Shown here one piece after another: positions 9,850 to 18,850 of a stretch of 64,000 bases of DNA. A model generated the notes under the pieces. That model made no database searches. It was not told the origin of the DNA and saw nothing but the letters and a program-made list of their open reading frames with translations. Origin of the DNA: an uncultured Bacillota bacterium (GTDB lineage: Bacteria; Bacillota_I; Bacilli_A; RF39; UBA660); NCBI GenBank assembly GCA_958428295.1, contig CAUAFL010000004.1:9892-73891 (forward strand), given 5' to 3'. Position numbers and translations under genes: made by a program. Numbering within the stretch: the stretch's first letter is position 1; the number at the start of each line of letters is the position of its first letter.

Positions 9850-10599
9850 CTACTTTTCTACAAATTTCGCTATGTTTTTAAGCATTTTTTTGCTTTTTAA
9901 ATAAAGTCCCGTATAACGATCATAGTAATCGTCTAAAAACCTGTTCAATTCTTTGTTTACTTGTTGACTGACCTCAATTTTAGTAATTTTTTCTACTTCT
10001 ACATAATAATACATTCGTAATAATTGGATTGCCTTATCACTATAATACCCCTCATTCTGATAACAATTACCACAAATTAAACCTCCGGCAGTAGGACTGA
10101 TACTAACAATATGATGCGTACTGCCACAACTGGCACACTGATCAAGCATCGGACTAACTCCTAAGTAGGATAAAAATTTTAATTCTAAAATATTAGCCAT
10201 CACACTAGCATCTAGTCCCTGTTCAATTTTAGCTAATACTGTCGTTACTAAGTTTAAAATACCCTTAGCCTCTGTTTGTTTAACAACTTGTTTCGTTAAT
10301 TCTAAAATGAAAGTAGCATAAACAATGTTTTCTAAATTCATTAGGGTTTTAGGATAATCATTGATGACGTCTATACTAATTAATGTTGATAACCCTTTTT
10401 CTTTATAGTAAATATGCAAAGTACCATAAACTAACTTTCGTGAGACTCCACGTAATTTACTTTTTAAGTTACGACAGCCCTTAGAAAGAAGACCAATAAT
10501 CCCATATTCCTCTGTTAAAACATTTAAAATCTTGCTAGAATCACTATAATTTGTCTCACTTAAGATCAGTCCTTTTATGTCGATGACTTTCACTTTCAT
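9850..10599 (-). CDS. recO: DNA repair protein RecO
   Basis: About 250 aa. OB-fold N-terminus and CASCGS...CGNC zinc motif. Conserved position after era and yqzL. Confidence 0.85.
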   Translation of the reverse strand: MKVKVIDIKGLILSETNYSDSSKILNVLTEEYGIIGLLSKGCRNLKSKLRGVSRKLVYGTLHIYYKEKGLSTLISIDVINDYPKTLMNLENIVYATFILELTKQVVKQTEAKGILNLVTTVLAKIEQGLDASVMANILELKFLSYLGVSPMLDQCASCGSTHHIVSISPTAGGLICGNCYQNEGYYSDKAIQLLRMYYYVEVEKITKIEVSQQVNKELNRFLDDYYDRYTGLYLKSKKMLKNIAKFVEK

Positions 10600-10684
10600 C
10601 ACTACTTTCTTTTAATTTTTGCGCTAAAAGAAAGTATTTTATATCGCCAGTTTCTTTAAATAATTTCCACACTAAATTTTCCAT
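10556..10684 (-). CDS. yqzL: YqzL-family small protein
   Basis: Not in the ORF track (42 aa). Own translation: MENLVWKLFKETGDIKYFLLAQKLKES... Resembles YqzL proteins and sits in the canonical era-yqzL-recO slot. AGGTGA SD. Overlaps the recO start. Confidence 0.6.
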   Translation of the reverse strand: MENLVWKLFKETGDIKYFLLAQKLKESSDESESHRHKRTDLK

Positions 10685-10724
10685 TTTCATCACCTATTTT
10701 TATAGTGATGGTTTTTACAAAATT

Positions 10725-11612
10725 TTATTCATCTTCTTTTAAACCTAGTTCTAAAAAATACTTTTCTTCATCTCGCCAATTGTCAATTGTCTTAACATGC
10801 ATTTCTAAAAATACCTGTTTCCCAAGAAAATCTTCCATATCGGTTCGAGCTAGTGTTCCAATTTTTTTTAACATTTGACCATTTTTACCAATGATAATCT
10901 TTTTCAAATTGGCTCGATCTACGATTATTAATACCTGAATATGAACAATATTGGTTGTTTCTTCATAGTTTTCTACATAGCAAGTAATAGCATGTGGCAC
11001 TTCTTGTCGCGTTAGCATCATCGCTTTTTCTCTAACAAATTCTGCCATAATAAATTTCGTAGAAACATTGGTCAATTCATCACCCGTAAAAATTCTCTCT
11101 TGCGTAGGTAAATACTTTTTTATGGTGGTTACTAAATCCTGCTGTCCGATTCCTTTCCTAGCAGATAGCGGAATTATTTCTTTGAAATCGTATAAATCTT
11201 TGGCTTGATCAATAATTTTTAATATTTTTTGAGGCGTTATTTTATCAATTTTATTGAGAATTAAAAAAATAGAAGCCTCTTTATTTTCTTTTATTTTGTT
11301 AAGAACAAATTGATCTCCTCGTCCCAAGCCCTCGCTAGCATCGACTAATAATAGAATAATATCAGCACTATCGATATTTTGATAAGCTTTACGATTGAGT
11401 AAATTGCCTAATTTATGTGTCGGTTTATGAATCCCTGGGGTATCAATAAAAATAATTTGCGCTTCAAAATCATCATAAATACCTTGAATAATATTACGAG
11501 TAGTACCCGCTTTGTCCGTAGTAATGGCCAATTTTTTATTTAATAAGGCATTTAATAAAGTGCTTTTTCCTACATTTGGTCGTCCCATAATGGCAACTGT
11601 TCCACATTTCAT
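10725..11612 (-). CDS. era: GTPase Era
   Basis: GRPNVGKST (G1), DTPG (G3), NKID (G4) and a C-terminal KH domain. Confidence 0.95.
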   Translation of the reverse strand: MKCGTVAIMGRPNVGKSTLLNALLNKKLAITTDKAGTTRNIIQGIYDDFEAQIIFIDTPGIHKPTHKLGNLLNRKAYQNIDSADIILLLVDASEGLGRGDQFVLNKIKENKEASIFLILNKIDKITPQKILKIIDQAKDLYDFKEIIPLSARKGIGQQDLVTTIKKYLPTQERIFTGDELTNVSTKFIMAEFVREKAMMLTRQEVPHAITCYVENYEETTNIVHIQVLIIVDRANLKKIIIGKNGQMLKKIGTLARTDMEDFLGKQVFLEMHVKTIDNWRDEEKYFLELGLKEDE

Positions 11613-11622
11613 ACAACTCCTC

Positions 11623-12012
11623 CTAAAATAGTGCCATAATTTTTGGCATAAAGATTACTAACGCAATTGCCAAAGACATCAAACTGATAACAAATTCCGC
11701 GGCACTGGCAGTATCTTTAGCCGCTTTCGCTAAAGGATGTCTTTCTGTCGTTATTAAGTCTGTTACATTTTCAATTGAGGTATTGAATAATTCCATCCCC
11801 GCAGTTAATCCCATAATAAAAATAATACACAACCATTCCAAACGAGAAATTTTCAAAAAGATACTTAGACCAACTAAAATTAGGGCCGCAAATAATTGAA
11901 TATACATACTTTGCTCATTTTTATAGGCAGTCGCTAGACCAGCAAAAGAATTTTTAAGACTTTTGATTATTCGTTTAATACCAAATGGTTTGTGGTTATC
12001 GTTCGATTCCAT
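11623..12012 (-). CDS. dgkA: Diacylglycerol/undecaprenol kinase
   Basis: 129 aa. ELFNTSIENVTDL and AKDTASAAEF motifs. Position between ybeY and era. Confidence 0.85.
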   Translation of the reverse strand: MESNDNHKPFGIKRIIKSLKNSFAGLATAYKNEQSMYIQLFAALILVGLSIFLKISRLEWLCIIFIMGLTAGMELFNTSIENVTDLITTERHPLAKAAKDTASAAEFVISLMSLAIALVIFMPKIMALF

Positions 12013-12445
12013 TTTCGGTTAATACCTCCTCTTGTTTTTGAAACATTTTCATCTCTTCTTCTTTAGTTTGGTGATCATATCCTAGTAAATGATAAAAACC
12101 ATGTACTGCTAAAAAGCACAGCTCCCGCTCTAAGCTATGTTGATAGTTAAGAGCTTGCTGTTGCGCCGTAGTAATGCTAATATAAATATCTCCTAAAACG
12201 CGCTGATTATTAGGAAGTTGGCAACAAGTATCGTCTTCTAAAGCAAATGTTATTACATCTGTCGGGCGATCAAGATGGCGATAGGTTCTATTTAACAATT
12301 GAATATAATTATCATCTACTATAATAATATTACACTCCGTATGCTCTAAATTTTCTTTTTGGAGGGCTTTTTGGATGATTTTTTTTACTGTCTTTAACGG
12401 TTCGATAATCTCTTCCGTCTGATTGAAAATTCCCACTTTGTTCAA
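11996..12445 (-). CDS. ybeY: rRNA maturation endoribonuclease YbeY
   Basis: HGFYHLLGYDH is the zinc-binding HxxxHxxGxxH motif. Confidence 0.9.
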   Translation of the reverse strand: MNKVGIFNQTEEIIEPLKTVKKIIQKALQKENLEHTECNIIIVDDNYIQLLNRTYRHLDRPTDVITFALEDDTCCQLPNNQRVLGDIYISITTAQQQALNYQHSLERELCFLAVHGFYHLLGYDHQTKEEEMKMFQKQEEVLTENGIER

Positions 12446-12487
12446 TTTATATCACCTGAAGTGATTATACCACAAAAAAAGTTGCTT

Positions 12488-13087
12488 TTAAAGAATCGTT
12501 ATAAAACCAACTAAAAAAATAATGGAAATTATATTTAAAAACCACTCAGCTAAAAAAATCTTGGGACAAATATCGCCAATTTTAAGTAGCAAGCGATATA
12601 GATAATGACCTAAAATTCCGCCAAGGATATTGAGCATAATATCATCGACATCAAATACACGACCAATCATCAATTGGGTTGTCTCGATGGTTATAGAAGC
12701 GACGATGGTTAATAAAATAATAGGAAAAACTTTCTTTTCTTTCAGAAAATAGCTGGCAAAAAAGCCATAAGGTAGAAACATAAGAACATTACCCAACACA
12801 TTTTTTAAAAATAAACGACTACCAAAATTATAGCGAAAAATCTCCCTGAAAGGGACTAAATTATTTCCGCCACTATAACTATTATCTTGGAAGGTTACCA
12901 CTTGGAATAAACAAAGAATATAGACAATAAAGGCTAAAGTAATAATTTCTTTATATAGACAAAATTGTTTTTTATTTTTAATAATATCGGCTATTCTAAG
13001 ACTAATGACTACAATCACAGAAATCGCTACCATTGGCATACTAAATTCAAAAACGTTTCCGATTGTTTTTCCAAGACTTGCAAACAT
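12488..13087 (-). CDS. VanZ-family membrane protein
   Basis: Multi-TM protein. NLVPF...NVLGNVLMFLPYGF and DVDDIMLNILG are VanZ-like. Confidence 0.65.
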   Translation of the reverse strand: MFASLGKTIGNVFEFSMPMVAISVIVVISLRIADIIKNKKQFCLYKEIITLAFIVYILCLFQVVTFQDNSYSGGNNLVPFREIFRYNFGSRLFLKNVLGNVLMFLPYGFFASYFLKEKKVFPIILLTIVASITIETTQLMIGRVFDVDDIMLNILGGILGHYLYRLLLKIGDICPKIFLAEWFLNIISIIFLVGFITIL

Positions 13088-13110
13088 AAAAATACTCCTT
13101 CCTAGAACGT

Positions 13111-14289
13111 TTATTCTTCCTTTGAATCAGCAGCATCGTCAGCATGGATATCAACCTCTTTAATAGATTGATAGGCTGTGATATTTTCTTTTACCTTGAA
13201 AAATAATTCTATATTCATTTTACCAGCACTTTGTTCTTTTTTCAAAACCTTTTGTGAAATTACTTCAATTTCATCCCCTAACTTTTCTTTTAGTTTCTTT
13301 TTAGCTAATGGAATAACATCTGTTTTAATCGTGTTATTATTATAATTGACCTGATGAATTTCTAGCTCCTCTTTTTTAGTATATTGTATGGAAAGTGGTA
13401 ATAAAGGATGATACCAGAGAATAGTTACTTTTTCTTTGGCATTTTTATAAGGAAAAAGATCATTGAATCCAAAGCTTTGATTTAAAAAACTAACTTCTAA
13501 AACTTGTTTCTTTTTCCCAGTTTTCTTTTCCTCTTTATAAGTTTGTGGTAAATTCATGTTAATCTTATACCACACTTCTGCGTATACTTTCCCTTTGGCC
13601 ACTACTTTTGAGACTATGTCTTCTTTATTTTTAATCAAGCCACTGATTAAGACATCCCCTTGTTTTACATACATATTTTTATGCGTTACTACTTCTCCGC
13701 TATCTGCTTTGATACTAACAATCATTCCATCCTTTTTCGCAATTATATGACGGGGTTCTAAGACTTTCTCTTCTTCTTTTTTTACTCTTTTAATTAACTT
13801 TATTTGATAAGAAGTCCCTACTTCTTCTATTTCTAACCATTCCAGTACTTCTTTTTCCTTTTCTAAAATTTGCTGTCGTATTTTTTCTTTACGTTGATAT
13901 CCTACTTTTAAATGATACTTTTGGATGCCTAAGTTTTTTAAATCTGTTAAGAGCATCTCTTTTATATCATTATCAGTTTCAATAATCTCAATAGAAAAGG
14001 TAACCCGTGTTAGGAAACACAGTAGGACAAAAGAAAATAGTAAGGCTGTTAAAAAAAGCTTTTTTGTTTTAAAGAGATATAAAAAATAGGCAATTCCTTT
14101 TCTTTTCGTAATTTCTATTTCATAACTTGTTTTGATTTTTAAAATCTTTTGATAGTCTTCTTCAGACACCTCAATAATAATATACTCCTTATCACCTTTT
14201 AATTGGCGAAAGTTAATGTGAAGGTGAAGTAAAAATTCTATAAAATTCTCTGGTCGTTTTCCCTTAATTTTTAAAACATAACTACTCAT
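13111..14289 (-). CDS. yqfD: Sporulation protein YqfD
   Basis: 392 aa. Position downstream of yqfC, a central TM segment, and a typical N-terminus (IKGKRPENFIEFLLHLHINF). Confidence 0.8.
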   Translation of the reverse strand: MSSYVLKIKGKRPENFIEFLLHLHINFRQLKGDKEYIIIEVSEEDYQKILKIKTSYEIEITKRKGIAYFLYLFKTKKLFLTALLFSFVLLCFLTRVTFSIEIIETDNDIKEMLLTDLKNLGIQKYHLKVGYQRKEKIRQQILEKEKEVLEWLEIEEVGTSYQIKLIKRVKKEEEKVLEPRHIIAKKDGMIVSIKADSGEVVTHKNMYVKQGDVLISGLIKNKEDIVSKVVAKGKVYAEVWYKINMNLPQTYKEEKKTGKKKQVLEVSFLNQSFGFNDLFPYKNAKEKVTILWYHPLLPLSIQYTKKEELEIHQVNYNNNTIKTDVIPLAKKKLKEKLGDEIEVISQKVLKKEQSAGKMNIELFFKVKENITAYQSIKEVDIHADDAADSKEE

Positions 14290-14533
14290 TAATAATTTCC
14301 ATTTTTGTTAAAATACCTTCAATTAGTATTTCGTCATCTAACATTTTATTAAGGGAAAATTTTTGACCATGCAGATATATTTTTTGATGGGGAGCGGCAA
14401 TGATAATTTTTTCATTTCCTAAAGATACAATGCGTTGGTAATTACTAACGTGAATACGGTTTTCAAAAATATCAATGTGGAATTCATTATCTTCAATATA
14501 CTCTTTTACCTTATTAAAAATAACCATAAGCAC
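14282..14533 (-). CDS. yqfC: Sporulation protein YqfC (YabP family)
   Basis: 83 aa, between rpsU and yqfD, with YabP-like beta-rich sequence. Confidence 0.75.
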   Translation of the reverse strand: MLMVIFNKVKEYIEDNEFHIDIFENRIHVSNYQRIVSLGNEKIIIAAPHQKIYLHGQKFSLNKMLDDEILIEGILTKMEIINE

Positions 14534-14583
14534 CTCACCTAATTTAGTCTATGTGGCATAGACAAAAAAAAGAAACTAATTTC

Positions 14584-14790
14584 TTAGTCTCTATTACTTT
14601 TGTGTTGCTTACGCTCATTTTTGCGTGCATTTTTAATGGCTTCTTTTTTGGCCTTTCTACGCCGAACCCCTGGTTTATCATAAGCATCATGTTTTTTTGC
14701 TTCTGAAGGGACACCATTCCTAGCAAGTTTTTGTTTATACTTTTTAATCGCAAAATCTAAGTTTCCATTTTTTACTTGCACTTGTGTCAT
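14584..14790 (-). CDS. rpsU: 30S ribosomal protein S21
   Basis: Highly basic 68 aa with NGNLDFAIKKYKQKLARNGV...YDKPGVRRRKAKKEA. Confidence 0.9.
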   Translation of the reverse strand: MTQVQVKNGNLDFAIKKYKQKLARNGVPSEAKKHDAYDKPGVRRRKAKKEAIKNARKNERKQHKSNRD

Positions 14791-14959
14791 ACAGTTATCC
14801 CTCCCTTCGTTTTTTTCTATAAGTGATTATAACACCGAGTGTCAAGTTCTGACAACAAATTTTTGCGATTTTTTTAAATTTTCGTCGTTTTTTTGAGAAA
14901 TTTGCTCAATTTGGGCTCAAAATAGAACTATTTGAAATAATTAACTACTGCTTAACTTT

Positions 14960-15130
14960 TTATTTAATTGGACAAATTTCGTCTGTTTCTATGCGCCTAA
15001 GCGCGGACCCAAATAATTCTCCTATATTAATAATAATTTTCACAAGATCATTAATTGCCTTTATCATAGAAGCAGAAAGACTAGCACCTCCTCTAATTTC
15101 TTGTAATTGTTCCTTCGTTAATATCTTCAA
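14960..15130 (-). CDS. Double-glycine-leader bacteriocin precursor, peptide 2
   Basis: Not in the ORF track (56 aa). Own translation from TTG at 15130: (M)KILTKEQLQEIRGG / ASLSASMIKAINDLVKIIINIGELFGSALRRIETDEICPIK. GGAGG lies 8 nt upstream, inside the end of peptide 1. Confidence 0.75.
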   Translation of the reverse strand: MKILTKEQLQEIRGGASLSASMIKAINDLVKIIINIGELFGSALRRIETDEICPIK

Positions 15131-15276
15131 ATTTCTTCACCTCCACAACTTTTGGGATGGATATATCCGTCGACGATTCCAGCTAAAATACCTACCAGAA
15201 AAGCCGCACCTACAAGTGCCCAGCCCGTGAAGCCGCCTTTTATTTGTTTTAATTGTTCTGTTGATAATGTTTTCAT
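15127..15276 (-). CDS. Double-glycine-leader bacteriocin precursor, peptide 1 (GxxxG-rich, class IIb-like)
   Basis: Not in the ORF track (49 aa). Own translation from ATG at 15276: MKTLSTEQLKQIKGG / FTGWALVGAAFLVGILAGIVDGYIHPKSCGGEEI. GGAGG SD upstream. The start overlaps the stop of the upstream gene (ATGA). Confidence 0.85.
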   Translation of the reverse strand: MKTLSTEQLKQIKGGFTGWALVGAAFLVGILAGIVDGYIHPKSCGGEEI

Positions 15277-15653
15277 TTTGACCTCCAATTTTCTAAAATT
15301 ACTTCTAATAATGATTGTTTCTCAAAAGGAAACGCCACAGTTAGTGGTATATTTTTAGGCAAATTTTCTGTTATATCTAATATAAGCATTTCCCTTTGTT
15401 CTTCTTGTACTACCTCTAGTATCTGATACGTTATTTTGCGGTTGTTATAATAAAAATAGTGATTTTTTAAAATTTGTTGATGAATATGTTGATTTTGTGA
15501 AACTAATGCCTGGTGCTGTTCAGTTATTAGAAGTGTCACTATTTCAAAATGCCACAGCATGTCTTTTGTGAGATATTTACTCAAATACAATAATAAGACA
15601 AATAGAAGAATTGTCATTATTTGTAGGCCTTTAGTTTTTTGATAATTCTTCAT
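15273..15653 (-). CDS. Small single-TM protein, putative bacteriocin export accessory or immunity protein
   Basis: Start moved to MKNYQKTKGLQIMTILLFVLLLYL (GGAAGGTG SD). Has an N-terminal TM helix. Lies between the C39-ABC transporter and the peptide genes and is translationally coupled to both. Confidence 0.55.
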   Translation of the reverse strand: MKNYQKTKGLQIMTILLFVLLLYLSKYLTKDMLWHFEIVTLLITEQHQALVSQNQHIHQQILKNHYFYYNNRKITYQILEVVQEEQREMLILDITENLPKNIPLTVAFPFEKQSLLEVILENWRSK

Positions 15654-17724
15654 AGCACCTTCCTTTTTCAAAACGTAAAATTCGATCAAATAAGTTTTTA
15701 TGTGTTAGACGATGGGAAACATAGAGGATTGTCTGTTGGGAATAGGTTTTTAATAATTTTTGAATAATCTTTTCTTCTAACGCCGAATCCACATGACTTA
15801 AGCATTCATCTAGAAGATAAATATCACTTTTTTGATAAAGCCCTTGCGCTAATACTAGGCGAGCCTTTTCTCCTAGGCTTATGTTTTTTCCTTCTTCCTC
15901 AATAAAGGCATTGGTTAATTCTTGTAATTGACAAGTTTGTTCTAATTGATCCGTAGTTCTAGAACTCCTTCTTCCTAACGTGAGATTGTCTTTTAACGTT
16001 CCCAACTCGATAAGACCATCACTAGTAATATAGGTAACTACTTTTCTAAGATAATCTAAGTTATAGTGGGTAATATCAATATTTCCAATTTTAATAGCAC
16101 CATAGTCTATGGGGAGATACCCTCCTAACAGTTTTAGAAATGTACTTTTTCCACTGCCACTGTTGCCATAAATAAATATCTTCTCACCAGCTTTAATTTT
16201 TAGCGTGATCCGAGAGATAATTAGCCCACTTTCATAGGCAAAGGACAGCTGCTCAACTTTAATGTCCTTTGTTTCTTTGGGCATCATTAACTCAGGATGT
16301 GGTAAAAAACGTTCCTTTTTCAGATAGAAAATTTCATCTAAACGATAACAAGTTTGACGATATTTTTGCCATTGTAATACATAGGCAAATAATAATTCTC
16401 CTGTTTTTAAAGCAGTCATAGAAAAACTTTCTAATAGCAGAAAATTTTCTAATGATAATGGTTGCGAAGAATCTACTAATAAAAAGGCTCCTAATAATAA
16501 GATAATTAGGTAAATACTCCCCTCCATCAAAGCAAAAACAGTTTCTTCTTTTATCTTCCGAAAATCTAGTTGATAGCTTGCACTCAATAGCAAATGTTGC
16601 TGTTTTTTTAATTTTCGTAAGCGATTATTTTCTAGATGCAATCCTTTGATTGTTTCAGGTAGATTAATCAACTGACGAAATAGTGTAGAAGTTTTATCTT
16701 TTTGGCAGTAGTAATCTTCTACTTTTTGTTGTTCTGTTTTTTGTTCTATATAACATAAGAGTAATAAAATAACATTGCAAAAAAGTACAAAAACAAGAAA
16801 TTTCTTTGATAAATATCCTAGATAGCTATACATAAATAATAGCAAAGGGATTTTGGTTACTACGGTACTAAGAAACGAAACATAGAAATTACTAAGCCAA
16901 GTAATCTCTTCTCCTAGAAACAACCATCTATTTTTATTAGACGTTTGGTAGTACAAATATGGAAGCATCATTAACTGTTGAAATAGATGATATGTGACTG
17001 TCTTTCTTATTTGGTAACTTAGCTTTGTTTGATAGAAACTTGCTACTGTGTGAAAACTACATTTTAAGACTAGTAAAAGAAAAAAACAATAGAGTAATGG
17101 TATGACATTCAGCAAGACTTTGGGAAAAATGACGACATTTAGAAAAATTTTTGTTTCAAAAAAGGTTAATAATTCTAGTATTGTATGCAATAATAAGCAT
17201 GTTATTAAACCGATACATAAAATCTTGTGTTTTTGCAAAACCTTTTTTATCTGACAAAACACGGTTTTTTTGAGGGTGATTTTTTTTAGATTGGCTGTTG
17301 GATTGATGAAAAGAAAATGGCCAGATAACCATAAGTGTAACTTTGATAAGTCAATCTTTTTGATACCTTGGGCTGGATCCATAATTTTAACAAAATTCTG
17401 TGAATCATTTTTTTCACAAATAACAATAAAATGTGGAAGCTTTATTTTTCCTTCTTGCTTTACAACATGAGCAATGACTGGATAGTCCTCTTTTGCTAGT
17501 TGTTCTAGTGTTCCCTGTTTACCGACTGCTTGAAAACCAAAAGAAGTAGCTAAATTAGCTAGTTCATACATAGAAATACCTTGTTCCAACACACCAGCTT
17601 GCATCACTAGATAGTCTCTTGGCACACAACAGCCATAGGCTTTCATAATAGCTAATAAACAAACAATTCCACAATCCGTTTTACTCTCCTGTTTCATATA
17701 TTCTATTTTCTTTATGAATGACAC
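15631..17724 (-). CDS. Peptidase C39-domain ABC transporter (bacteriocin maturation and export)
   Basis: N-terminal KTDCGIVCLLAIMKAYG (catalytic Cys) and HFIVI (His), six TM segments, GNSGSGKST Walker A, ISLGEKARL signature and YLLDE Walker B. The exact start codon is uncertain. Confidence 0.9.
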   Translation of the reverse strand: MSFIKKIEYMKQESKTDCGIVCLLAIMKAYGCCVPRDYLVMQAGVLEQGISMYELANLATSFGFQAVGKQGTLEQLAKEDYPVIAHVVKQEGKIKLPHFIVICEKNDSQNFVKIMDPAQGIKKIDLSKLHLWLSGHFLFINPTANLKKITLKKTVFCQIKKVLQKHKILCIGLITCLLLHTILELLTFFETKIFLNVVIFPKVLLNVIPLLYCFFLLLVLKCSFHTVASFYQTKLSYQIRKTVTYHLFQQLMMLPYLYYQTSNKNRWLFLGEEITWLSNFYVSFLSTVVTKIPLLLFMYSYLGYLSKKFLVFVLFCNVILLLLCYIEQKTEQQKVEDYYCQKDKTSTLFRQLINLPETIKGLHLENNRLRKLKKQQHLLLSASYQLDFRKIKEETVFALMEGSIYLIILLLGAFLLVDSSQPLSLENFLLLESFSMTALKTGELLFAYVLQWQKYRQTCYRLDEIFYLKKERFLPHPELMMPKETKDIKVEQLSFAYESGLIISRITLKIKAGEKIFIYGNSGSGKSTFLKLLGGYLPIDYGAIKIGNIDITHYNLDYLRKVVTYITSDGLIELGTLKDNLTLGRRSSRTTDQLEQTCQLQELTNAFIEEEGKNISLGEKARLVLAQGLYQKSDIYLLDECLSHVDSALEEKIIQKLLKTYSQQTILYVSHRLTHKNLFDRILRFEKGRCYEELSKN

Positions 17725-17847
17725 CTCCTACTTTATATTTCGTATAAAAGTCATTCTTTGTTCTTTTTTTCAATGTCTTATCAATTATTTTGACAAATAA
17801 GATAGAAAGGTCAATTCCTGTAATAAAATGTGGATAAGGTGGTAAAG

Positions 17848-18303
17848 ATGCAATTCAGTAAGATAAAAGATTTACGTGAAGATCATGATTTAACCCAAGC
17901 CAAGTTAGCAAGGTTGCTCGATGTCAAGCGTTCAACCTATACTATGTGGGAATTAGGCGACGTTAACTTTCCGATTGAAAAGTTGGTCTCTTTAGCGTGT
18001 ATTTTTCGTACTAACTTAGAATATCTGCTGGATCTTAGTCACGATCGCAGAGAACGTTTCTATCCAGAAAAAATTAGCTATCAAGATGTGGGTAGAAATC
18101 TTAAGTTCTATCGCATCAAGTTAAAAAAGACACAAAAAGAGTTTGCCGAAACACTTCATATTCGTCAATCTAGTTATTGTTATTATGAAGATGGAAAAAC
18201 TAGAATTCCTATTGATAAATTAGTAAAGTTGGCACAAACTTATCATATTTCTATTAATGACCTTTGTGGCGGTACAGTGATTCAACCTATTCCCATGCTT
18301 TAA
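17848..18303 (+). CDS. XRE-family regulator with two tandem HTH domains
   Basis: Two HTH_3-like units (LTQAKLARLLDVKRSTYTMWE and KTQKEFAETLHIRQSSYCYYE). AAGGTGG SD before the ATG at 17848. Divergent from the bacteriocin operon. Confidence 0.75.
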   Translation: MQFSKIKDLREDHDLTQAKLARLLDVKRSTYTMWELGDVNFPIEKLVSLACIFRTNLEYLLDLSHDRRERFYPEKISYQDVGRNLKFYRIKLKKTQKEFAETLHIRQSSYCYYEDGKTRIPIDKLVKLAQTYHISINDLCGGTVIQPIPML

Positions 18304-18448
18304 ACTCCATCTTGCATTCATCAAATGTTATAAGAGTTTTTTTGCTCTCAAATTTAGTAAATATGGAACGAGCATTCAGCAGCTTTGCTGTATTTTTATT
18401 TAACAAAATATGCTATCATTATTTTAAACATGTATTAAGGAGGATTTT

Positions 18449-18748
18449 ATGGCAACAACCAAAGATTTTAGGGATTTTATTACTGAACAATTAGAAATAT
18501 TAGATCATATCACTTGTAGACCGATGATGGGAGAATATCTATTATATTATAATGGAATTTTATTTGGAGGTATCTATGATAACAGACTGTTAATTAAAAT
18601 AGTTAATAGTAATCAAAAGTACTGTTTAGCAACAGAAATTCCTTATAAAGGTGCGAAAGCAATGTATTTAGTTGATAACATTGATGATCAGCATTTATTA
18701 AAAAATATTATTATGGATACTTGTAAGGACTTACCAGTTCAAAAGTAG
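18449..18748 (+). CDS. TfoX N-terminal-domain protein
   Basis: DFRDFITEQLEILDHITCRPMMGEYLLYYNGILFGGIYDNRLLIK matches stand-alone TfoX_N proteins of Firmicutes. AAGGAGG SD. Confidence 0.8.
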   Translation: MATTKDFRDFITEQLEILDHITCRPMMGEYLLYYNGILFGGIYDNRLLIKIVNSNQKYCLATEIPYKGAKAMYLVDNIDDQHLLKNIIMDTCKDLPVQK

Positions 18749-18773
18749 ATAATTAAAAAGACATCATAAAAAA

Positions 18774-18806
18774 CCAATTTCATTTTAAATTGAATTGGCT
18801 TTTTTA
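18774..18806. terminator. Bidirectional rho-independent terminator
   Basis: CCAATT...AATTGG hairpin with an A-run on the left and a T-run on the right, between convergent tfoX_N and res. Confidence 0.6.
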
Positions 18807-18850
18807 TTTTTAAGCAAGGTCGTTTATTGTTGTTATAATAGCACTCTATT

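Noticed and set aside
14544-14753. 69-aa minus-strand ORF overlapping rpsU
   Set aside because: It is an alternative frame of the S21 gene. S21 is unmistakable, so this is a shadow ORF.
14991-15358. Plus-strand ORFs of 79 and 68 aa in the ORF track
   Set aside because: They lie antisense to the two double-glycine peptide genes and the accessory gene, and have no SD and low-complexity products. The minus-strand reading explains the region far better.
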